64,000 bases of DNA from a virus (Duplodnaviria > Caudoviricetes), in the IMG/VR virus record IMGVR_UViG_3300044708_000053, positions 604 to 64,603 of that record. One strand, given 5' to 3'. Both the position numbers and the translations under genes were made by a program. Positions 54,266-62,864 of the stretch are shown in pieces; within the stretch, counting starts at the first letter, position 1; the number at the start of each line of letters is the position of its first letter. The notes beneath the pieces are model-generated. The model was not told the origin of the DNA. It saw only the letters and a program-made list of their open reading frames with translations, and made no database searches.

Positions 54266-55642
54266 TTAAGCGCTCTTGCGCTTCTTGTTTTCCTGCGGTG
54301 CGCTGATGGCTTTATTCTCAGCCGGACCTTCGATAGCTTTGGCTTGTGGTCGCGTATCAGGGATGAAGCCGTAGCGCATGGCAACTTCCTCAGGCATCTC
54401 ACCACCGATTCCAACCGCTAATCTCGTCGCGTTCTGCGGAATCCGCCCATTCACTTCGGCGACTAATCCATCTGTCGTCTCCCAGATGCGCCGATCACTT
54501 ACCCACATTTTCACTTTCGCCACCTCGTTTCGTTTCAGCCATATATCAGCCGTGGAAATCAAAGCTTCCTCCAAGCGATCATATTCAGATTCAGGATCTA
54601 GTGTAGAAGCAAGCTTGAGCGCGGCGTCTGATCGTGAACGATAGTAAACCTCGTCTGAATAGAGCCGCTCTATTTGTAACTGCCACGATTGCAAATCATC
54701 CCGATCACAGAAGATCCCCGCTCCAGATACCCAGCCACCTTTAAGCTGCTCAGGCGTCGGCGTGCGCTCGTTCTTCAGCTTTGCTCGCGTGAATTCAATT
54801 AGCCACTCGGGTCTATCCGCGCCAAGCGATTCCAGGAGTCCTTCAGTCGGATGCACTATCGCCGGAATCCCGGCACAGGCGGCTTCCACTGCAACCCGAC
54901 CATAGCTCTCGTACAATGACGGCATCAGCACTACTCGAGTCTTGCGGAACACTTCACGAATATCCGCCGTGTGCTGCATGAATTCCACGTTAGGGAAGTT
55001 CCCTGCCGGGATGGCCGGCGGAAAGACCTGCTCACCATAGACGCTCTTAACCACGAGGAATTGAGAGTCGCGCATCAGTCGCGAGAGTCCATAGAACGTT
55101 GCCTCACCTTTGCCGGGAGTCGGATTCACGAGGGTGATCTTCTCACCCTTTGGGCTGCAATAGCGTTCCGGCTCAATCACCGGATGGATGATAATTTGCG
55201 GCCCCTGCCAGTGTTGCGTCTCAGCAATCCATTGCGAGTTAAAGATTGCAAGTTGGCAGCGCAACGGAGACACGCGGTGGAAGTTGAGTTGGTCTGAGTT
55301 GTGAACAAAGTGGATCAGGGGTTTATCTGTATCCAACGCGGCCTGCATGGCCGTGAAGGTGAGATCCAAATGCGTGCAAATGAGATCGGGATCGTATTTG
55401 CGGATGTAATCAAGAATCCATGAGTGCAGATAGCGAAGATCCTCAGGCGGGCGGGTGACTTTAACTCCCTCATGCACATAGGTATCGAACTTCGGCTCCG
55501 ATTCGGCAGGCTTGCAAATAACTTCCGCAGAATGTCCTCGCTCAACCATAGACCGCATAAACCCGTGCGCTGTGGTCTCGCCACCAGCGTTGTGTAGAGG
55601 CGTCCATAGGTGCGCGATAAAGAGAAGTTTAAGTGGTTTCAT
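54266..55642 (-). CDS. GT4-family glycosyltransferase with an extra C-terminal small domain
   Basis: AGGETT, IFNS, TPGKG, VLMPSLYESYGRVAVEAACAGIP (ExxGxxxxEA). Confidence 0.88.
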   Translation of the reverse strand: MKPLKLLFIAHLWTPLHNAGGETTAHGFMRSMVERGHSAEVICKPAESEPKFDTYVHEGVKVTRPPEDLRYLHSWILDYIRKYDPDLICTHLDLTFTAMQAALDTDKPLIHFVHNSDQLNFHRVSPLRCQLAIFNSQWIAETQHWQGPQIIIHPVIEPERYCSPKGEKITLVNPTPGKGEATFYGLSRLMRDSQFLVVKSVYGEQVFPPAIPAGNFPNVEFMQHTADIREVFRKTRVVLMPSLYESYGRVAVEAACAGIPAIVHPTEGLLESLGADRPEWLIEFTRAKLKNERTPTPEQLKGGWVSGAGIFCDRDDLQSWQLQIERLYSDEVYYRSRSDAALKLASTLDPESEYDRLEEALISTADIWLKRNEVAKVKMWVSDRRIWETTDGLVAEVNGRIPQNATRLAVGIGGEMPEEVAMRYGFIPDTRPQAKAIEGPAENKAISAPQENKKRKSA

Positions 55643-55650
55643 TGTTTCAA

Positions 55651-55718
55651 GGCGGCTCCATCTCACGGGAGCAAGACAGAGCCGCCGCTTAACGTAACGG
55701 TGTGTTGTGCGCCGTTAC
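55651..55718 (-). terminator. Two hairpins after the capsid gene
   Basis: GTAACGG/CCGTTAC (55694-55718) and a 13-bp stem at 55651-55686; the U-tract is weak. Confidence 0.45.
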
Positions 55719-55730
55719 AGGAGACTGTTA

Positions 55731-57050
55731 TCAACTATTTGCGCCGACCACTAAATCGATCTTGACAATCGCCGCTGGTCTACGCACGCCAAAGGCCGCA
55801 CGAAGCTCAGTCAGGATCGCGATCAAGTTGTGGGTAAAGAAGTCACTATGGGAGTCCGTGATGCGCCGCGTTGGCTGCTCACGGTCCCACAGCTTCATTT
55901 GTTTGAGATCCCCTGTGTAAGCGGTTCCCTGTGGAATCACTTCCGACTCAGCCACAGGCAAACCCCAAAGTTGCTGAGTGCCCATGACGATCGGACCACC
56001 GAAGTAAAAATTTCCTGCAGTGGCGTTACGGAGCAGGTCAATGTCCTGCCAGTCGTAGGGATTAAACAAGAATCCGGTTGAACGAGCACGAGCCACGACC
56101 ATTGCCGTTGTGCGAGCCTTGCGCGTGGTCACGAGGAGGTCGGTGTCGCCCGCCAGTCGCGGATGCGGGGTGATGCCAGGAGTGTTTTCCAGGCCGCGAA
56201 AATGTGTCCCGCCCGTTCCTGTGATAATTTCCTCTTCGAGTGCGAGCAAGAGATCCTGTTCCTCGAAGTTGTCAATCTCAGACTCGAGCTGCGGCGCATC
56301 GGAGAGAATTTGTCGTGTGATCGGCATCCAAACCGCGATCGTCTTGACGCCTTCCTGGACGATCTCATAGCCCATGCTCGACTGAGGTTTCGCACCAGCC
56401 GTGTAACCCGCACCGGAAGTGTCAGTAACCTCGGGCACAACTGCCGCCGCGCGAGTCAGCCGATTGATACGCACGTACTCAACGAGGTTTGAACCCGTGC
56501 GACCTGTGGTAATCATGTCCACGATGGTGAGTGGCCGCAGCGGGAGCCCGACAAGCGTATCGTAATCACGCCGCACCAGCGCACCGCCCGAATCACTGCC
56601 GCTCATAATCACACCCTTCATCTCGGTGGGTTTAATTTCCACGGCGGGAGAATGAATCTTGATACCATCGGCGAGCTGTGCGCCCATGCCCTTCAACCCG
56701 AGCTCCTCTTCAATCCATTTTTTAATCTTTGGATCTTCAACAAACTCGCGTCCGGTTGACTTGCGACCATTGCGGGCGTCAGGTGCTTCCGTGTTGGCGT
56801 AGCCAGGACGATCGACAGGAGTGTTAAGCGCTGTACGCATCACGTCCTGCTGAGCACGGATGGCGTCATAGCCTTTCGCCTCTTCGATCTCGTCATTGAG
56901 TGTTTGCGCTTCCTTATTGAGCGTATCGATAGTCTGTTTCTGCTCATTGGTGAAGTCCTTGAGCTCGATATCTTTCGTATCATCCCAGAACTTCTTAATT
57001 GCAGCGAGCTTCGCCGTAAGCGCCGCTGCCTTTTCCTGTAATTTAGTCAT
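55731..57050 (-). CDS. Major capsid protein (HK97 fold)
   Basis: N-terminal coiled-coil delta domain, KTIAVWMPITRQILSDAP, GTG....GL, LWGLPVAES, RRPAAIV. Confidence 0.95.
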   Translation of the reverse strand: MTKLQEKAAALTAKLAAIKKFWDDTKDIELKDFTNEQKQTIDTLNKEAQTLNDEIEEAKGYDAIRAQQDVMRTALNTPVDRPGYANTEAPDARNGRKSTGREFVEDPKIKKWIEEELGLKGMGAQLADGIKIHSPAVEIKPTEMKGVIMSGSDSGGALVRRDYDTLVGLPLRPLTIVDMITTGRTGSNLVEYVRINRLTRAAAVVPEVTDTSGAGYTAGAKPQSSMGYEIVQEGVKTIAVWMPITRQILSDAPQLESEIDNFEEQDLLLALEEEIITGTGGTHFRGLENTPGITPHPRLAGDTDLLVTTRKARTTAMVVARARSTGFLFNPYDWQDIDLLRNATAGNFYFGGPIVMGTQQLWGLPVAESEVIPQGTAYTGDLKQMKLWDREQPTRRITDSHSDFFTHNLIAILTELRAAFGVRRPAAIVKIDLVVGANS

Positions 57051-57056
57051 TTTAAT

Positions 57057-58283
57057 TTAGCTCCTGGTTAGCACCTGCGATTGGACTCGCAGGCTTTGTG
57101 CTCGCAGAACTGCGGCGTCAAGCGTCGGCTGATCAGACTTCTCTTCAGGATCGTCATCGGCCTTCTCGTCTTTTTTCTTCGCCTTAGCAATGAGCGCGGC
57201 CATATCGCCGTGCATCGCCGAGACATCCTTTTTCAATTTCCCCATCGCGTCGTGGATGCGGGTCATGTGAGTAAGGTTAGAAGATGAGTAGACCGCGCCG
57301 GCCTTAGCTTCGCGCAGTTCCATAATTGACTTGCTGCGCTCCGAGTATCCCGAGAGGATCTCAATGAGCGCCGCGCTTCTGTTTGCGAACACTTCCACAG
57401 CACCTAGAGCTATTTCAGTGTGTTTAGCGAAGGGTAATCGTTCTCGAAGATCACCCTTGAAATCGATTGGTTGGCGAGAGGCAGCGGTTTCAATGATATC
57501 CGCCTCGTCGCCTACGACTGCCGCTCTCATGCGAGAGGTAAACTCGGAAAGAATCTGGTCTACGGCGGCGACATAGTTAAAATCCGCTGCACCGCCATAA
57601 TCGTTGAGATATTCAGCGGAGTAGAGGGCCGAGCAAAGAACATCGAAGAGAAAGTAGAAAGACTCCTCACGCTTGGCTAGCGTGTCCTCGAACATGCCTT
57701 TCTCTTCAACCTGCTCAGTGTTCGACTTTACTCCCGTCGCGGTTGCGAGTTTCTGCATGGGTGAAGTAACCAGCGAGTCCTCAATCGTCTCGCCTTTGAG
57801 CAAGATGCGGATGCGAGAGAACTCTTGGGCTTTCTTCATATTCGCGGCGAGGCGTTCAGGCTTGATGAATTGTGGGAGTTGCTCTTTGTAGTCTTTGGCT
57901 TCGACGTACTTCTTTTCAGTGACCGTGTAACCAAAGGAGAAGCCAACTGTTTTGCCTGCCTGCATACGCTCGCGCGCCTTCGTGCGGATATCTTGAGCGT
58001 CAGCGGTGGAGTGGAATTGAGATTTGACAAAGAAACCGTGCTCATCCTCTTTAGCTTCCACCGGGAAGCCTACGGATTCCTTAAAACTCCAGTCGTGTGA
58101 GTGGGCCGTGAAGCCGGACTCGAGGTAGTCTGAAATTCCATCCGCGAAGAAACCTTTGACTACAATGTCGCCACCTTCATCGATCTCGTTAAAAACACTA
58201 CGGTAGCCTTCGATGGTCCCTGAACCTTCGTCAGAAACCTTGAGGGCTTTGAGATCGATGAATTTGCGTTCAGTGTTCTTCAT
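57057..58283 (-). CDS. HK97-family prohead protease with long C-terminal extension
   Basis: IEGYRSVFNEIDEGGDIV, H.W....GF, GFSFGY, E.SLV; ATG at 58283. Confidence 0.9.
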   Translation of the reverse strand: MKNTERKFIDLKALKVSDEGSGTIEGYRSVFNEIDEGGDIVVKGFFADGISDYLESGFTAHSHDWSFKESVGFPVEAKEDEHGFFVKSQFHSTADAQDIRTKARERMQAGKTVGFSFGYTVTEKKYVEAKDYKEQLPQFIKPERLAANMKKAQEFSRIRILLKGETIEDSLVTSPMQKLATATGVKSNTEQVEEKGMFEDTLAKREESFYFLFDVLCSALYSAEYLNDYGGAADFNYVAAVDQILSEFTSRMRAAVVGDEADIIETAASRQPIDFKGDLRERLPFAKHTEIALGAVEVFANRSAALIEILSGYSERSKSIMELREAKAGAVYSSSNLTHMTRIHDAMGKLKKDVSAMHGDMAALIAKAKKKDEKADDDPEEKSDQPTLDAAVLRAQSLRVQSQVLTRS

Positions 58284-58301
58284 TTTGAAGGGCTCCGCAC
58301 C

Positions 58302-58341
58302 AAAAGAAAATCCCGCCAAATCCTCGAAAGGATCGGGCGGG
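58302..58341 (-). terminator. Rho-independent terminator upstream of the protease gene
   Basis: CCCGCC..ATCCT-TTCG-AGGAT..GGCGGG followed by ATTTTCTTTT. Confidence 0.75.
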
Positions 58342-58369
58342 CGGGAAACTGATTTGTTTCGCGGGCTCG

Positions 58370-58609
58370 CTACTTGGCTGTCAATCGTTCCAAACTGTCT
58401 AACTTCAGCAACGCGTTGTGGAGTGTGCGCCGGATACTGTCAATCGATGTCTTATGTCCCACGCTCTGCTGCTGTAGTGTGGACAAGGGAATGAATACAT
58501 TCTCGGGCACTTGCGGACAGGGCACGTACTCCATTCCGTGCAGCATCATCGCTTCGTGTTTCTCTTTACAAAAGGGGCAGTCAATCAATTTAGCGGCAAT
58601 CACACTCAT
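58370..58609 (-). CDS. Small Cys/His (Zn-binding) protein
   Basis: CPFC..H...H...CP. Confidence 0.55.
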   Translation of the reverse strand: MSVIAAKLIDCPFCKEKHEAMMLHGMEYVPCPQVPENVFIPLSTLQQQSVGHKTSIDSIRRTLHNALLKLDSLERLTAK

Positions 58610-58656
58610 CAGCCGCACACTTTAACACAATTCCGTTAAACGATTGCAAGCTATTC

Positions 58657-59019
58657 TTAGGATGTGGTGAGTAGCAATGGCTCACGCCAAGCTGGCAATA
58701 ACAGCACTTCGCGCTCGACTGGCTGCGCTTGCGTCTCCATATACTGCGCAATCAACTCCTGTTTGAAGCGTTGAAACTTGGCTGGACAACAGGGAGATTG
58801 CGGGAGGAGATTACCGCAGTAAGTGCAGAGCATGAGATCGTAGCTGATGTTATAGGTTCCGTCGCCGAAGTTGCGCAATGCGCCCTTGAAGTGCCCGACA
58901 CCTTGCCCCTGTTGGCGACTAAATTCGCAGGACATGTGAGCAAGATCAGCCCCATAATCCGCAAGGATGGTGAGCAGTTCCTTGTCGTGCCGGCTGAATA
59001 CTAGACCGTTCGCCATCAT
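58657..59019 (-). CDS. Hypothetical protein with Cys cluster
   Basis: CTYC...CC. Confidence 0.55.
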   Translation of the reverse strand: MMANGLVFSRHDKELLTILADYGADLAHMSCEFSRQQGQGVGHFKGALRNFGDGTYNISYDLMLCTYCGNLLPQSPCCPAKFQRFKQELIAQYMETQAQPVEREVLLLPAWREPLLLTTS

Positions 59020-59021
59020 CT

Positions 59022-59057
59022 GAAATCAAAGCCCTCCTACCGCGTGGCAAGAGGGCT
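59022..59057 (-). terminator. Terminator-like hairpin after the GT11 gene
   Basis: AGCCCTC/GAGGGCT stem extended by G-U pairs, then TTGATTTC. Confidence 0.5.
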
Positions 59058-59117
59058 AGGTCTTTGGAGAAGCTTCCTTTCTAAAGATTTCGCCGCTGTG
59101 GCGTGGGCTGTAGAATA

Positions 59118-59936
59118 TCACGCCTTAATCTCAATCACTCCCGTTTCCCAGTTCACTACGTGCCAGCCCTTGCTTGCGATATCGGATTCGTCCAACGTCC
59201 CTCGATATGGGCCACCAAACCACGGTGACGGACAGACCACTTGCTTATCGTTTCCATTTGAGAGAATTGCCGCCATGAGTGAAAAGCTGGAGTTGGCGAT
59301 AATGTAATGCCGACATGCCTTGAGTGCGCGAAAGTCGTCCAAGTCATCCGCCTGCTGCGAGTACTCGACGCGATCTCCGAATAGTTCTCGTGCGGCATCG
59401 AGATCGTCACTGAATACGAGAAACTTTTGATCACTTCCAAAGAGTTTCATTGCAGGTTCGTAGTAATCAAGCGCCATGCGCGGATGGAAAGCATTCCCCT
59501 GTGGTTTGTACTTTGTTGCCGCGGCGCCATAATCCCCAGCCCGATAATGAATCGCGCAATAATCATTTAGCGACTGCTCGCCCCGCATACGAAAGTACCA
59601 GCGCACTTCATCAATACTGTGAGAGAAATAGCGTTCGCTTTGGAAGTGGCCCAACAACGAAACACTGTGGCTGAGTATTACATCCTGATAACCAAAGGGT
59701 ACGCCATACTCAGGTAGCTCGGGGCCAGTGTAGACAGGGAGTGGATTAACGAAGCGATCCTGAACCTGAACTATGTTTGTTTGTCCGAAGTTAAGCGCAT
59801 CCGTGTTACGCCAAAAGGGGAAAGCGAAGTTGAATCCGTTGCGACGCGCAATGCCGATAGATGAAGCTATTTGGAAAGCTTGATTACAGAAGCGTCCGAA
59901 TGATCCGAGTTTAGCGAAGGTGACGAGGTTGCTCAT
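59118..59936 (-). CDS. GT11-family alpha-1,2-fucosyltransferase-like protein
   Basis: GRFCNQAFQ, HYRAGDY, FSDD, IIANSSFS, PSPWF. Confidence 0.88.
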   Translation of the reverse strand: MSNLVTFAKLGSFGRFCNQAFQIASSIGIARRNGFNFAFPFWRNTDALNFGQTNIVQVQDRFVNPLPVYTGPELPEYGVPFGYQDVILSHSVSLLGHFQSERYFSHSIDEVRWYFRMRGEQSLNDYCAIHYRAGDYGAAATKYKPQGNAFHPRMALDYYEPAMKLFGSDQKFLVFSDDLDAARELFGDRVEYSQQADDLDDFRALKACRHYIIANSSFSLMAAILSNGNDKQVVCPSPWFGGPYRGTLDESDIASKGWHVVNWETGVIEIKA

Positions 59937-60324
59937 TTAACTTTATGCAACCCCGCGGCCTCAAACGCTTCAGATACTTTACGATCACATTCTTCGTGAA
60001 ACGCTGAGCGGCCTTCAACGTACTCAATAAACTCCATTAATACTGATTTGCGGTGCGCGTGCGCCGTGCCGCCATATACCTTCTGCAAAAACTCTTCCAT
60101 CAGATCTCTTATGTTTTCACTCACGAGGCGTTCTCCCTTACCAGTTGATTGAATTCCATCATATTGCAAAAGTTGTCAAAACTGGATTGAGCTAGATGCT
60201 TCGTCACGCATAGCGCCGCGAGTAATTCATCGCGGTCTAACTCCGTTACCGGGACGCCATAGTAGGTGAGGCTCTCCGCGCCTTCCTTGTCGCGCTCGAC
60301 GATGTGTTTGGGGATGTTGCTCAT
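59933..60324 (-). other. Two small hypothetical ORFs (59933-60169, 60121-60324)
   Basis: Coupled ORFs between the glyco genes. Confidence 0.55.
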
Positions 60325-61013
60325 ACAGCGTTATCCTCCTTTAGCCACGCTCGATTAAAGTAGTACTCATAATCAATCAGAGGATGCCTACTCTTAACTT
60401 CTGGAAACAAGTGCTTGTACTGATAATCGATAAGCAGAAGATTTCCGCAATGGACCAGCAGGAAAAATCCCTTTTCTAATCCGAGTTCAACCCCGCGAAA
60501 GTAACCCGCTGCGCCATCTGAGTTGAACGATGGATCGGTAGGTGGAATGCTGGAGTCGATCTCCATGATTACGATTTTAGGCTTAGCCCTGAGTCCTTTG
60601 AAGACGTGGTAATCTGGGCCATCGGTATCCAAACTCAGGAGATCGCAGCTCTCGTCTACGAAAGCGTTGATATTGTACTCATCCACCTTGCAGCATTGAT
60701 GTCTGACTCTGCGATTGTCTTTCCAGTTCTCTTTCGACTTGAGATAGAGTTGGTAGTCATACTCAACAAAGAGGCCGTACCATGCGTGATCTTGGAGAAG
60801 AAGCGCCGTGTTGCTGCAAAACAGACCATCCGCGCCACCGATCTCGACGCACTTGCCCTCGTCGATAGCGAGACGTTTGACGACTTCGATTAAGATCCCC
60901 TCTTCACCATTCTGACTTGTGAAGTAGTTTGCGCCGTATTTGTGGAGGAAGTTAAGCATGAGAGTCTTGCTCGTCTCGGAAGATACCGAGTAGGGCCATG
61001 CGAATTGGACCAT
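60321..61013 (-). CDS. FkbM-like SAM-dependent methyltransferase
   Basis: SQNGEEGIL, VEIGGADG...SNT, DLLSLDTDG.DY, PKIVIME. Confidence 0.8.
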   Translation of the reverse strand: MVQFAWPYSVSSETSKTLMLNFLHKYGANYFTSQNGEEGILIEVVKRLAIDEGKCVEIGGADGLFCSNTALLLQDHAWYGLFVEYDYQLYLKSKENWKDNRRVRHQCCKVDEYNINAFVDESCDLLSLDTDGPDYHVFKGLRAKPKIVIMEIDSSIPPTDPSFNSDGAAGYFRGVELGLEKGFFLLVHCGNLLLIDYQYKHLFPEVKSRHPLIDYEYYFNRAWLKEDNAV

Positions 61014-61203
61014 TAGCTCTGATGTCTTCTATGACTGCCTCCTTTACTCGCCTACGAAAGCGTTCTTCTTCAGTTTCGACGCGACCTGGCCCAATGGACA
61101 TAAGCATTCCACAGGCGTCACATCTTTTCTGAACGGTTACACCCTCAGGTGTCTCAGTACGGTCTGTTTCTCTCCACGTATGATCATGTGTCCATGGATC
61201 CAT
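60952..61203 (-). CDS. Small hypothetical protein
   Basis: HDHTW...CDAC. Confidence 0.5.
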   Translation of the reverse strand: MDPWTHDHTWRETDRTETPEGVTVQKRCDACGMLMSIGPGRVETEEERFRRRVKEAVIEDIRANGPIRMALLGIFRDEQDSHA

Positions 61204-62092
61204 TTTTATTTACCTCAAAATCAGAATTACGAAATCTGTGGTGGTGAAAGAGCGCGGGGTAGTTATCGCTCTCGGGATAACCTTCTCTTGAATAAACAAA
61301 CTCCTGTCCGAGAAAGCGATTATACACCGCTGGCCATGCGTGCAATTTAATTCCTTCGCGATACGCCAGCGTCGTCAGAATCGCCTGATCATGTCGATTC
61401 TCTCTAAACTCAGGATGATTCGGTGCGCGTGAGGGTGAGTCATCAATCAATCTGCCTCCTTCAAAGAGACACCAGTCAAGCCACTCTTTTACAAACGCTC
61501 GCGAGTAGTCAGAGACGCGAAAGAAGATAACTGAGGCTTGGCACTGCTTATGGAAACGTTCCCACGCAAGGCGTCGGACATTGATCCAATGTTGCTCCCG
61601 ATTGTCCTTATGGAACCGGGAGAAAACAAACACGTCTTGATCGCCGTCCATGTTGAGCATTCGCCCGCGTTCCCACCACGGCCATACCGCTTCAACAATA
61701 TCTCTCTTACACCAGTGAGCATGTTCCCAGTTGTTTCCGAATAGAAAGATATCCTGATCCATGAGCTCGATGATGTGGGAGACGTTGTTGATGAACTCGA
61801 CGCCTGCGTCTGAGTAAATGAGGATGTCTCCTTTCTTCGGCATTACGACCGGACCAGATCCGCCTATTCCGTCAAGGAGTTTCAAGATGATCCAAGGCTT
61901 CCAAGCCCAATATCCGAGCCCGCGTGATTGGCTTGTTAGTGATTCATATTGCAAATAGAAGCCCGACTCCCGCAGCTTTGCTAAACTCCAATGTGTCGCG
62001 GTTCCGACGCCGTTATGGAGCGCCGACATAATGCAGAGATCGGCCGCGCGGCTCATGCTGGAATCTGAGAATGTCACGGCGTGGATTGTCAC
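61184..62092 (-). CDS. Putative GT-A-fold glycosyltransferase
   Basis: GYWAWKPWII, DxD-like YSDAG, RHDQAILT. Confidence 0.7.
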   Translation of the reverse strand: MTIHAVTFSDSSMSRAADLCIMSALHNGVGTATHWSLAKLRESGFYLQYESLTSQSRGLGYWAWKPWIILKLLDGIGGSGPVVMPKKGDILIYSDAGVEFINNVSHIIELMDQDIFLFGNNWEHAHWCKRDIVEAVWPWWERGRMLNMDGDQDVFVFSRFHKDNREQHWINVRRLAWERFHKQCQASVIFFRVSDYSRAFVKEWLDWCLFEGGRLIDDSPSRAPNHPEFRENRHDQAILTTLAYREGIKLHAWPAVYNRFLGQEFVYSREGYPESDNYPALFHHHRFRNSDFEVNKNGSMDT

Positions 62093-62232
62093 TTAGTTTT
62101 CTTTTCACTTAGGTGTATTGCCAACGCCATGAGGAGAAGGGCAAATATCCAAAAGACACCTAACGCTATAACTCCGCTACAGTCGGGACACTGCGGATCG
62201 GCCCAACAGGACGGACACTGAAACAGTAGCAT
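62089..62232 (-). CDS. Small Cys-rich single-TM protein, not in ORF track
   Basis: Hand translation: MLLFQCPSCWADPQCPDCSGVIALGVFWIFALLLMALAIHLSEKKTK*. Confidence 0.5.
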   Translation of the reverse strand: MLLFQCPSCWADPQCPDCSGVIALGVFWIFALLLMALAIHLSEKKTK

Positions 62233-62864
62233 CATTTCATCCTCTCTTCGCTCATCTGAAACAACTCAGTGTAATCATCAATCTCCCCCTTCTGCCAGAT
62301 CGAGCTAATTCGTGGACGTTGATATGCCACCATCGGCGCGATGCAGTAGGCGTTGAGTTGCGACAACTGAGTGCTGAGATAGTTGTCAAACATCTGCACG
62401 TTCAATCCCGGTTGATGCTCCAGTAAGTAAGGGACAACTTTCCGATTGAAAGCTATGCAGTGTGTCGTCCATGCAGCATAGACTCGAAACAAATGCTCAC
62501 TCACCCGCTCCGGCCATTGCTCGCCATTGTTCCAGCAGATGAGATTCGCGCCGAGATAGAGGATGTCCCATTCTGCCGGCAGTTCACTGATTGCTTGCTC
62601 TAAGTGCGAGAGATCGCGAAAGATACAATCCTCTTCCAGTAGTAGGAGAGTTTGCGAATCAGACGCAAGGAAGTCTTGCAATATCCTTCGCACTGAGCCA
62701 CTGAAGCTTTGATGCGGACCGAGGATCTCTTTGTCGTCGATGGGGAGAGCAGAGAACTCGAGATAGTTGTCGAGGCCGACGCGCACAAACTCTTCTTGCG
62801 CCAAACACCACTGTACATCGTCAGAGGTGAGTACTACTTTGCGTTGGAAGAAGGACCAGTTCAC
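62232..62864 (-). CDS. GT25-family glycosyltransferase
   Basis: G...S....L, LLLEEDC, LPAEWDILYLG, THCI....K, P.VAYQ. Confidence 0.8.
   Translation of the reverse strand: MNWSFFQRKVVLTSDDVQWCLAQEEFVRVGLDNYLEFSALPIDDKEILGPHQSFSGSVRRILQDFLASDSQTLLLLEEDCIFRDLSHLEQAISELPAEWDILYLGANLICWNNGEQWPERVSEHLFRVYAAWTTHCIAFNRKVVPYLLEHQPGLNVQMFDNYLSTQLSQLNAYCIAPMVAYQRPRISSIWQKGEIDDYTELFQMSEERMK

Noticed and set aside
54266-62864. Glycosyltransferases as a T4-like DNA hypermodification system
   Set aside because: No hydroxymethylase or other base-modification genes are visible, and the GTs lie in the head operon rather than with replication genes; disfavoured, not excluded.
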